A stretch of 64,000 nucleotides of DNA from Isurus oxyrinchus (Eukaryota): assembly GCA_026770705.1 (NCBI GenBank), contig JANJGN010000026.1, forward strand, positions 36,084,001 to 36,148,000, written 5' to 3'. Positions 37,586 through 48,639 of the stretch are shown here, piece after piece; position 1 is the stretch's first letter, and each line of letters begins with the position of its first letter. The position numbers and the translations under genes are program-made. The notes beneath the pieces were generated by a model. It searched no databases, was not told the DNA's origin, and worked only from the letters and a program-made list of their open reading frames with translations.

Positions 37586-39269
37586 GGTAAAGAGGCAGAA
37601 AAATCACACAAACACACAGGTTTTTCTATTTCAAAATGTATCCTCTCTCTGAGTCCTCTCTGCTAGTCCGTCTGTAATTCTTTCTATCCATCCATCCATC
37701 CATCACAATATTATGATGTGTTGGAGAGCTATTGATGCTAACAAGGTGTCAGAGAAGCTGGATAACTTTTCTTTCCTGGGAGATTGGAACAGTTCACATA
37801 GGTTCACAGCTTAGAAAAATGAAACTGACTCCAGTGTTGTTGCTCGGTAGATTTGTCATAAATAAGCCTTGTTGACAATGTTAAGGGTTTGAAGTTGGCA
37901 TGCAGCCAAGCGGTCAGTACTGAGGAAACAGATCTTTCATTTACTGCACAAACCGGCAGAGGCTTCCTGTAAATAACTTTGGGCATTCGAGCCTCCCTGA
38001 CTGCAGCCGGCTGGCTTGCTGCCAAATACTCTGTGGGGCAGATTAGCCTGGATATGAATGAACAAAATGGGATTCAGCAATTCAAACAATATTGCTTTCA
38101 GTCATACATGGAATACACATTTTAAATGGCATTTCATCCAACGAAATATTTTAATGAGTGCCGTGTTCACTGAGGTTAAACACGATCAGAAAATATTAAA
38201 TTGACCATTTACCAGTTAATTTATATTATTTCTAAGTAAAGGGCATCCCAGTTATTAAAGCCTGTTTATTAAGAACTTCATGAAGTGCGAGAGAGCAATA
38301 TTGATGGTCCCAATGTCCCAGTCCAATGAAATGAGTGCAATGGCAAAACTTAAAAGAAATTAAATTGAATGAAATTTGTTGAATTGCCTTAATTCCGCAG
38401 GAATTCCTTGAATATCTCCGAGTTGTGCACCTCATTTAACCTGAGGCGCCTCTTATTCCTGATTAGCGCCGTGTACTGTACAGTTTAATTTGTGCTGATT
38501 TCGATTATTTAACAGTCCCTCTCATAGCTGCTAATAAGTGTAGAAATGATCAGTTCATGACCCGCTTCAGTGGAAGATAAAACATTTATTCTTGTGCTAT
38601 TGTGTAATATGCCCCAAAGTCCTGATATCCTGTGTTCCCAATACCAGTGAATGGTAGATAGCCGGTGGCCAATAGAATTAGCTGCAATGATTTGGATGCT
38701 GAAGGATAACTTTACTGATCTCCGTGTCCGTTCTGATTCATTAACTTCTCTGTCAAAAGTTGATGTAAAATTTTACGTTTCTCTGTCAATTTACTGTTTA
38801 GTTATCAGGCCGGTGGTCTTCTTTTTCCGCTAATTTCCACAGGGCTGTCTTCGGGTCAGGAGCAATTCGAGAAATGCAAGGAGGGACATTGTATAATGTG
38901 AGGAGTTTCTTCTTATCTCTGGACCTAAACTGTATGGCCATAGCCACCCATTTTGTAAATAATATCACTTTGTTCATCGCCCGCATTTAATTACATAAAT
39001 CAATAATAATTCCAATGACTAATGATACTTTATTGCTGTAATGAGATAGAGACCCGGAGTTGCTGCAAAACAGACTGACAGCCCCTTTATTCCCTGTTAA
39101 TATAACTTATTTTTTTTAGATTCAACCCGCTGTGAAGTAGTGCAGAAATAACTGGACTTAATTTACATTTGAATTAATCATTTTTATGAACTATATCCCG
39201 ATACAGATAAAATGCCCACTTTTAACAATAACCTATTGTAAATATCTGAGTCCATTCTGTTGGGGATGT

Positions 39270-39450
39270 GTAAGATGGGGCGTGGATCCTGTCGCCGCCT
39301 CTACCAGGGAATCAACAGGCGGCGCCTGGAATCCCGCCCCCTTCTGCCGGGTATTTAAATGCCGCTCACTGGGACCGGAATCCAACAGTCCGGGAGCTGG
39401 TTTGTTCACTGAGTTCTGGACAGAACCATTTTCCCCAGATGACCAGAAGG
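39270..39450 (+). promoter_or_regulatory. VH promoter region
   Basis: TATA-like TATTTAAAT at ~39351, 100 bp before the ATG. GC boxes (gggcgtgg, cccgcccc). No perfect octamer nearby, as expected for shark VH. Confidence 0.6.
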
Positions 39451-39496
39451 ATGAGGCCGGCGATTTCTCTCAGTTTGTTGCTGACTTTCTTATCCC
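39451..39496 (+). CDS. IGHV: IgM VH leader exon
   Basis: MRPAISLSLLLTFLS-C|gtgagt, phase 1. An in-frame upstream ATG lies at 39439. Confidence 0.95.
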
Positions 39497-39622
39497 GTGA
39501 GTAGTTTTTATTGTCCAAGTCTCTCACTGTTACTGTCTGTGTTAGTCTCTCTCTAGAATGTTACAGAGTCAGGAATCATTTCACCAGGGTTAATCTTCGG
39601 GGTTTTTGATATATTTTTACAG

Positions 39623-39928
39623 GTGTCCAGTCGGATGTTGTGTTGACTCAGCCAGAGGCAGAGACCGGGCGTCCCGGAGGCACCCTGAGACTGACCTGTA
39701 AAACCAGCGGCTTCGATCTTGACAGCTCCTACATGAACTGGGTCCGACAGGTTCCCGGACAAGGGCTGGAATGGCTGGTTTACTACGGTGATTCATCGGA
39801 CAACAGCTATGCCCCAGCAATTAAGAATCGATTTACGGCGTCCAAAGACACTTCAAGGAGCATCTTCTCCTTGGACATGACGAACTTGAAGATTGAAGAC
39901 ACCGCCATCTATTACTGTGCCAGAGAGT
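39623..39928 (+). CDS. IGHV: IgM VH exon, intact
   Basis: [52 protein letters not shown]...[33 protein letters not shown]. Both Cys and the Trp are present. Typical shark mu VH. Confidence 0.98.
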
Positions 39929-39967
39929 CACAGCGAAAGGAACCAGGGCTGGACCCGAACAAGAACA
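39929..39967 (+). other. VH 23-RSS
   Basis: CACAGCG, 23-nt spacer, ACAAGAACA. Confidence 0.95.
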
Positions 39968-40335
39968 GATCGAGAGGGACTCAACAACTTCCATCGTAAT
40001 CTGACGGTCAGTACTTGTTTTAAATGTATTATTAACTGTAATGATCAGACCCAGACAACAAGCCACTTGTGACAAAAGTAAAACAGCAAATTTAACAGGA
40101 AACCTAACAAACCAATCGATATAATGGGCTGAGCTTTTCGCTGTGTTTATATTTACTGATAACAGTTACCGCAATTACAGACCTGGCTATAATACCCATT
40201 TTAACCTGCCTGACACTTGGAGGAGGGTCTCTATTCATTGAGTTTTGTAAATTGCTGCATGAATTCTAAACCGGATCAGAAGTAAACGACTATTTGAAGT
40301 GAAGATTGGGATGCAGCACTGAACAGAGCAGGTGC

Positions 40336-40415
40336 AGTTTTTGTGCGTCTGTATTTCACTGTGATACTACAGTGGGTCACAGTGCTGTGCACAGCGACAT
40401 CCTCATACAAAAACC
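40336..40415 (+). other. IGHD: D1 segment (coding 40364-40377) with 12-RSS and 22-RSS
   Basis: AGTTTTTGT-12-CACTGTG [ATACTACAGTGGGT] CACAGTG-22-ACAAAAACC. Open in all three frames (ILQW, YYSG, TTVG). Confidence 0.96.
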
Positions 40416-40717
40416 TCAGCGAAAGAGTTTGTTCAAACTGGTGATCAATATCACAGCAGGAACGTCAAAGAAAATGAGAGTTAAGTAAAATAATGGGTAG
40501 AGGTTTGCAAAAAGGTATAAAAGTCTTCCGCTTTGTTCGTGTTGACGGACACTCTAAATCTGCACAGAGTCTTTAAAAGTATTCCAATTGCATTTATAAA
40601 TATATTCACCAGCACAGCTTGAAATATCTCACCGATTCGCTCTTAAGTGAGTCGGAATCAGGTTTTTGTGAGCGCAGTGAAATTAAATCTTTGTATTTTC
40701 AGTGAACAGTCTGCCGC

Positions 40718-40799
40718 AGTATTTGACATGGTGTGTCTCACTGTGATAACTGGGATGGCCCACAGTGTTACATTCCCTGGGCTGTGCCATACAATAACT
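40718..40799 (+). other. IGHD: D2 segment (coding 40746-40760) with 12-RSS and 23-RSS
   Basis: AGTATTTGA-12-CACTGTG [ATAACTGGGATGGCC] CACAGTG-23-ACAATAACT. No nonamer at 12-nt spacing on the 3' side. Confidence 0.92.
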
Positions 40800-41127
40800 G
40801 TCCCTGCACGAAAAAGACAGAAATCCACCATTATTTTAAATATTCATAAGTCAGGGGCAAAGTAAGTTCACGATAAATCTTCACGAAATTATATTTGCGT
40901 TGTAGTTATCTTTAGGTATTCATCAATGATCCTCATGTTTTACATTTCACAGAGTAACATATGAACATGTTCTTGTAATCAGCAACCGATTAATGTATAA
41001 TTATCACAGCTTTTCCATCTTAAACCATGTTTTTTGGGCAGCGCTGGACATAACTAATACTTCACTGTAAATATAGTTGGGTTGTAAAAGCGAGCACTGA
41101 CCCAGGCAGACTCAATTAATGCTGAGG

Positions 41128-41155
41128 GGTTTTTGTATTGACAGTAACTGCTGTG
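41128..41155 (+). other. 12-spacer RSS in front of JH
   Basis: GGTTTTTGT, ATTGACAGTAAC (12 nt), TGCTGTG. Confidence 0.88.
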
Positions 41156-41205
41156 GATCGCTACGGACTACTGGGGACAAGGGACCATGGTGACGGTGAC
41201 TGCAG
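41156..41205 (+). CDS. IGHJ: JH segment (possibly a germline-joined D-J)
   Basis: IATDYWGQGTMVTVTA-G|gtaag. WGxG motif and phase-1 donor. Confidence 0.96.
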
Positions 41206-44200
41206 GTAAGAACCATGCACTTATTTAGTAACTGCTTTATTTGAGTCTTTGCTTTATATTTTTGTCTATTTTAATAACTGATTCGTTTACTGAAACTTGG
41301 GTTTGCTGGATTCTGTATGGAGATATTTTACAATGTTTCATGTGTTTCTGCTGAAATTGAGTTATATAATTCGGCTGTGTCTCAACAAAAAGGGATTCAA
41401 TCCCTGGCTGTGGTGATTTGGTGTTTATCTGCTGAATTTACTATGTGGCCGGGTTATGTGAAGTATCTAACATTTGTGAAAACAGTTTGACGTTCCTGCA
41501 ATGTTTAATCTCGGTGACATATAATGGCTGCGGGTTTTACCATCTGTTGCACAAAGGTTTAAATATGTTTGAAATCAAACCCAATATCAATAACATATGC
41601 TTAAGTTTCAATGTTAATTTATTGAACATGTTCCGCCTACTCACAATGCTGTTGACATTATTCCATATTTCTCTTTAGTTTAATTATTCATTAATTTGGT
41701 GACGAGCGGGTTGTCTGGTTTTGATATTGAGATTTTCTTGCAATGTTACATTGGATTCTGTTGGAATAGTTTGTGGAATTGAGCTGCTTCTCCATGAAAC
41801 GGGTTTCAGTCCCTCAGTGATGTGTTTTGGTGTTTTTCTCCTGATGAGATTGTGTGTCTGGGTGACTTTGAACAAGTAGAATTTGTGGAACAGTTTGGCG
41901 GTTCTGCATTGTTTCTGCTTTGTTTAAACTCGGTGATATTGAGCGGTTACACGTTTTGTGATTGAAAGGAAACAGTCTACGCGTTTGTTTCTGCTTGAAG
42001 CGCCATTGTCAGCAGAAAACGGGCAGAATTCAGAAATGGGGGAAAAGTGTTTAAAGATGCGTTAGAGCATTTTGTTTTTATTTTAAGTCATAACTGCAGA
42101 TTAAACTAAACCATGGATTAAGATGCTCAATCAGAACATAATTCGTTACTGCAATCAGAAACTATATAATTAACAAGTTTTCAAATTGTAGAGTAAAATT
42201 AATATAATTCAAGCAATTATAATGTGGTAATATTTCTCCATATTGACTGAACAGCTTTCATGTTAACCTAATTGATCATTAATCGCCTTTCACAATTCTG
42301 CTGTGCACTGCGCACTATTAACTTGATCGGGAAAATTTTTAGGGTGGAATCATTTTGTGATTATGTATGAAAACATTTCAATGAGAGTATACTGATTCTA
42401 CAGAATTGTTCATTTCCACAAGAGATTTTGAATTCTTTAAATCCCTGATAACGTTTGCATTGATTTAAAAACGAGTTTGACATTGCAGGTTGGCAATATG
42501 TCTATCCGGTTATTACATTCTTTCTGTGCAGCCGTAACCATATTATTCCTTCAATGTCATTGGGATTGGATAGCGAGATAATTGTCACTAATCTAATCGT
42601 AAACAGTTTTCTGGGGGGTGGAATTCACTGGCAGTCAAGGAATTGTTCTTATTTTTTTTTGAACTGCAGGAAGGTGCAAACTGCGTATGAATAGAGATTG
42701 ACAAGGAAACGCTTGAAATTCGAACAGATTAATTTAATTGCAAACATTAATGTTAGTTTTGAACTTAATAACAACATTCTGTCTCCCATTGCTGTACTGT
42801 GCACAGGACAGAATTATAGGAGAAGAACAGATTATATCTGAAATTCATGCTTAATACTTATTAACTATTAAATTGAAGAGCAAAATCTCTAATCGTTTTG
42901 CTGGTTATATTTCAGTGGCGCAGGTGATCTGAATAATTTTTTCTCATCAAATTGTATACTGATTAATTTGGATCGTCTTTCAATGAACAATATATTTAAC
43001 AATTAAATTATAGTGATTTTATCAAGGAAGCACTTTTATTGATAATAAGTAACTGCGAGGAACATTTTTTTACATGTAATTTTGAGTTAAGACAAGTTTG
43101 CTTTAGCAAACAAATGATGTTACAGTTCGTAGACACTTGATGTGATGTTACCTCGGCCAGATTTGAAAGTATTTAAAATATTCCACTCATAAATTCGTCT
43201 TGTGAATTACTCGATGAGAATAGATGGAATTTATGATTTCTCAATGCGTTCAGAAACACGCATAGTTTACAATTTTGTATGTTAAAACAGAGCAGTGGAA
43301 GTAAAAGTAAAATAGTAAATAGTGATTAAATTTAAGTAAAATTGATATTCTTGCCTGAAGGTTACCATCTCGTAATTTGAAGTTTATTGTTTAACATTGT
43401 TTCAGTGTCAAGTTGATTTAAATAAACCCCAATTATTTCACAAAGTACCAGGGAGAAACAAATTTTCAATTTTTGAAAACCATATTTTTCATATTGTAGA
43501 GTAGAAATCAATTAACAAGGAAATAAATTGACAATAACAAAATAATTAACTTACAATATAATATTAGTGATAATTAATTCAACATAAATGAACTCCAACA
43601 GTTAAATAGTATACTGTTCATTATTGTGAATGCAAATTCTCAGTGGAGAGAATTTTTAATTTTATCCAAAATGAATTTAGAAAAGAATATTTTTCTTATT
43701 CAGCTGTGCTCTGATCGATAAGGTGTTTCATCTCGATGATTTTATTGGTTATATTTATCCCTAAAATCAAATCAAATCAGCAGGTAGTTGGTTTCAATGT
43801 GAATGTTTTCTGATTTGTTTAATTCTTACCCTGTCATTGATTCTCTGTTACGGACACCAAATTACCCTGAATCTGTAATATTTGCTGTGCTCACTTTCAG
43901 GGTAACTTAAATCTTACATTGTTTGGAGATTGGAGATTGACAGGGAGAATTAGTTGGACTTCAAAGGGAGTTTTGAAATGAAAATCAGATTAATTTCAAA
44001 GAAGTTATGGAATAATTGGAGTAAATTGACCATTGATTAATTAGAATCAAACAGCTTGAATGAAATAGACAGATTGAACAGATCTATCTGCTGGGAACTC
44101 GCTTGTTGCACCATTTGTGTCTGTTCTGTTTCTGTGCGTGTGGTCACTGTGCTGGGACCAGAAATCTTCTTGACTGGTTGTTAACCTTCTGGTTCGCTCT

Positions 44201-44524
44201 CCTGTATTTCAGGAAGTGCAATTTCATTTATTTATTCAAAAAATTGTATCTGTGAGAAATGTGAAGGTTTGATTTTCTGACCAGGCCCCTCAGAAATGAG
44301 ATACCCAATCCATTGTAACAGTCAGAAAGGACAATTCAGAAATGACAGACAGACTGTCGAAGGAGGTTTGGTCAATTTTAAACCAGTGATGTAGCTGTCT
44401 TTGGAGTGTTTGGTTAGGCAATGCAGAGAGAGCTTTATTCTATTTTAATCAGTGCTGTAGCAGTCCTTGACCTATTTGGTTGGACAGTGTGGATGAAGAA
44501 ATTAGCCTGTATCTTATTTTTAAT

Positions 44525-45110
44525 CCTATCATAGGATGTTGGGGACGCTGGCAAGGCCAGCATTTGTTGCCCATCCCTAATTACCCCTTGCGGAACTGTT
44601 GATATGCCGCTTCCTAGAATAAGAATAACTCCCTGTGTACTCAGTGCTGATCAGTAGGGAGTTCCGGGATTTTGACCCATTGACAGTGAAGGAACGACGA
44701 TATAATTCCAAGTCAGGATGGTGGGTGCTTTGGAGGGGGACGTACAGAGGGTGGTGTTCCCCAGCACCTGCTGCCCTTGTCCTTCTAGTTAGGAGAGGTT
44801 GTGGGTTTTGAAGGTGCTATCGAAGGAGTCTTGGCGAGTTGCTACAGTCCATCCTGTATATGGTACATACTGCTGTCACTGTGCGTCAGTGGAGGAGGGA
44901 GTGAATGTTTTAGGTAGCGGATGGGGTGCCAATTCTGTAGGCTGCTTTGTCCTGGATAATATCGAGTTTCTTGGGGTTTTTTGATGTTTCACTCATTGAG
45001 GCAATGTGCCTTGGAGATGGTGAGTTGTCTTTGGGTGATAGGAGTTGAATTACTCGCCACAGAATTCCCAGCCTCTGACCGACTTTTGCAGCTGCAGCAT
45101 TTATATTAAA
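44525..45110 (-). mobile_element. 3' end of the LINE family at 6365-8810
   Basis: Reverse complement matches 8500-8800 and ends in the tail shared with the SINEs. Confidence 0.75.
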
Positions 45111-45829
45111 AGTGGATTGAACCTTCTCCTGGGCATATTTGATGCGACAATGTAGAGGGAGTTTTATATCAAACCAGTGCTGTACCTGACCCGGAGTGTT
45201 TGCCAGTTTAGTGGAGAGATGGCTTTCTGTTGAATTCCACCCTTGCAGCTGATGGCAGGATTGTACTGGGGAGGAGTGGGGGCTTTAACTCATATCTTAA
45301 CTTGTCCTGTCCCTGACCTGAGAGCCTTCTCCCAGCAGAGATCAGCATCGAACTAACTAGCTGTGAGTCCTCCAGCCAGATCTGTGAAAATAAATTGTTC
45401 CATTGCTCGGGTGAAATTACGCACATTAATTGTTTTAGCAATATTTTTGAAGAGAACATACATATATTTTAATGAATTAATTATGTTTCACATTTTGAGT
45501 ATCAGAAAATCATTGAATGTGAGTGACCTGAACTTGAACACAATTTCAGAGCAAACAGAATCAGGGAGTGACAGTGAGGCTCCAGAGAACAGCGCCTGTT
45601 CTGATCTGATCAGAGGCTGCAAGCTTTTTAAATGATTGAAATGGACAATGACCAGCCTCCTGCTCCAAATAGTCAGCCACGAGGGATTTGGGGAAATGGA
45701 GCTGCCATCAAAAACTGAGCCATTGGATTGCCGCCTGCAGGGGGAGGAATGAATGACAGAAATGAGAGCATAAGGAGGACATTCAGCCTTTTGATCCTTC
45801 CCTGCGTTCATTCAGATCATGGCTGATCT

Positions 45830-46812
45830 ACCTCGACACACTCAGTCTCTTTACCACACACCTCACTCGCTCACTCTCTCTGTCACACACGCTTTCTCTC
45901 ACACACGTGCACTCTCTCTCACATGCACTCTCTCTGACAGACACACACAGTCTATTTCTCCCTCTATCACACACATGCACCACACACACACACACACACG
46001 CACACAAGTATTCTTTCTTTCACACACAAACTCTCTTTAACATGCACACACTGTCTCTCACGCATTTCCTCTCTTCTACTCACACTATCAAACAGGCACT
46101 CACATTCTCTCATACACATACATTCGCAACTACACACTGTCTTACACATGTGCCCACTTACTCTCTCACACACACATGCACTCACTCTTTCTCATACATG
46201 CACTCTCCTACACACATTCTCTCTCTCATACAAGCATACCCACTCTCTCTCTCACATACATGTACCCTCTCTCACACACACAGACACACTCTCACCTATG
46301 CACACACACGCTCTCCATTCTCTCTCTCACACACATACAGACACATCATACACTCTCTCACATGAGCATCCTCATTCTCTCTCACGCACACACACAAACA
46401 CAAACACATTCCATCTCAAACATACACACTCTGTTTCTCTCACACATGCACTCTCTCTCATTCTCTCTTTCTCTCTCCCTCTGACACACACCGTGGCTCA
46501 CTCTTTCACACACTCTTTGTCTCTCTCACACACTCTCACGTTCTCTCTCTCACACACACTCTCTCCCACACACACATGTACTCTCTCTCTCACACACTCT
46601 CTCTCACACACTTATACTACCTTTCACTCACACCCGTACACAAATACTTCCTCTCCCTCTGTCTCTCACTCTCACACACACAGTCGTTCTCTCCCTCACA
46701 CACACACACAGTCGCTCTCTTATACACACATACTCTCTCTCCCACAGACACACACTTTCTCTATCTCAGATATTCTTACAAGTATACTCCCTATGACACA
46801 CACATACATACA
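45830..46812. repeat. CA/CT-rich compound microsatellite
   Basis: Seen directly. Runs into the gap. Confidence 0.9.
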
Positions 46813-47021
46813 NNNNNNNNNNNNNNNNNNNNNNNNNNNNNNNNNNNNNNNNNNNNNNNNNNNNNNNNNNNNNNNNNNNNNNNNNNNNNNNNNNNNNNNN
46901 NNNNNNNNNNNNNNNNNNNNNNNNNNNNNNNNNNNNNNNNNNNNNNNNNNNNNNNNNNNNNNNNNNNNNNNNNNNNNNNNNNNNNNNNNNNNNNNNNNNN
47001 NNNNNNNNNNNNNNNNNNNNN
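46813..47021. other. Assembly gap (N run)
   Basis: 209 N. Confidence 1.
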
Positions 47022-47380
47022 ACAGGACTAGACAGGTAGATGCAGGAAGGATGTTGCCGATGGTGGGGGAGTCCAGAACCAGAGTTCACAGTCTGAGGAT
47101 ATGGGGTAGACCATTTAGGACTGAGATGAGGAGAAATTTCTTCACCCAGACAGTGGTGAGCCTGTGGAATTCCTTACCACAGAAAGTAGTTGAGACCAAA
47201 ACATTGTATGTTTTCAAGAGTGAGTTAGATAAAGAACTTGGGGCAAAAGGGATCAAAGGGTATGGGGAGAAAGCGGGAGCAGGTTATAGAGTTGGATGAT
47301 CAGCCATGATCATAGTGAATGGCTGAGCAACTCGAAGGCCTGAATGGCCTACTCCTGCTCCTAGTTTCTATGTTTCTATA
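47022..47380 (+). mobile_element. CR1-type LINE 3' end
   Basis: VGESRTRVHSLRIWGRPFRTEMRRNFFTQTVVSLWNSLP. Tail gaatggcctactcctgctcct...tttctatgtttcta. Confidence 0.9.
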
Positions 47381-48019
47381 TAAATACACACTCAATTGCA
47401 TGTACACTCTCTCTCACGCACACATACACACATTCTCACACACAGATGTGGGCTGAAAAGATTCATTGCAGAATAAAAATCGGCTAAGCTGCAGGCATGT
47501 TCATTGTTCCATTTCTGATGTATTTTTGTGTAAAATGAAATTACACAAGTGACATCACTATATATGTGGAGAATTTCCAAGTGTGGAACCAAAAGCAAAG
47601 AAACAAGAGAAAGGGAGGGTGTGGCAGAGACCACGGCCGCCTGGATCCCCAACACTGGTGCACACTTGGTGCAAGATGCCTGCACGGCCCTTTCTGGTTT
47701 TGCTGTAACCTTCCCCTCCAGCCCCCTCAGTCTGCCTATTCACGCACTGACACGGCTTTCTCAAAGAAAGGCATCGGCATTAAAGCAGCTGGCCAGTGAT
47801 CTACACTGCTGCCTGACTTTACACAGCCAGTGTTACGGAAAGATGGAGAATCAGGACAGGATCTTTGGGGAGGAAGAGGAGGAGGTGTAGGTGGTGGAGC
47901 TGAATGACGGAGCCCCCAGCTCAGCTGTGGGCAACAGGCAACGGAAAGCTGAGCCAAAGTGGAAAATCATCCGGAGAAACATCGCCTTGATGAGCCTGCA
48001 GCACCTGCGCACCCTCACT

Positions 48020-48490
48020 ACCCACAATAACTCACCCTCACTCACTCACCCTCACTCACTCACCCTCGCTCACTCACCCAACTTCATTCATCCTCATTCA
48101 CTCACCATCAATTGCTCATTCACCCGCACTCACTCACCCACACTCACTCACCCAGCCTCATTCACACTCATTCACCCACCCTCAGTCACCCACCCTTATT
48201 GATCCACCCTCAATTATCCTCACTCAAACTCACTCACCCACCCATCCTCGCTCACCTACATTCACTTACATTCAATAACTCATCCACCCACCCTCACACA
48301 CCCACTCACCCTCACTCATATCCCCACCCTCACATAACCACCAACCCTCACTCACCCACATTCAGAAACCCACCCATGCTCACTCACCACCAACCCTCAC
48401 TCATTCCTTCATTCACCCACGCACCCTCGCTCTGTCATTCAGTCATTCTCACCCTGTCAATCAGGCACATGCTCACTCACATGATCACTT
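48020..48490. repeat. C/A-rich (CACT/CACC) low-complexity repeat
   Basis: ctcaccctcactcactcacc-type units. Confidence 0.85.
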
Positions 48491-48639
48491 TTCCTAAATC
48501 GGTGTATGGGAAGGCGAGAACTGCGGGGAAGAGAGACCTGGAAGTGAGGACTGAGGCCTAGCAATTCCAGAAAGTGGAGCATGGCCCAAGGGAGCATCGA
48601 GCGTCGGTGGAAAATGCAGAGAGGCGGGGCTAAAGCGCA

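Noticed and set aside
39161-39168. Octamer-like ATTTACAT upstream of VH
   Set aside because: One mismatch, in AT-rich context, ~190 bp from the TATA-like element. Likely chance.
40661-40700. Perfect nonamer GGTTTTTGT upstream of D2
   Set aside because: No heptamer at 12 or 22/23 spacing.
41028-41069. Possible 23-RSS or extra D before JH (tgttttttg...cactgta)
   Set aside because: Spacing is ~25-26 nt, the heptamer lacks the essential terminal GTG, and it is not adjacent to J.
45819-47031. His/Thr/Ser-rich ORFs
   Set aside because: CA/CT microsatellite translation, and the ORFs span the N gap.
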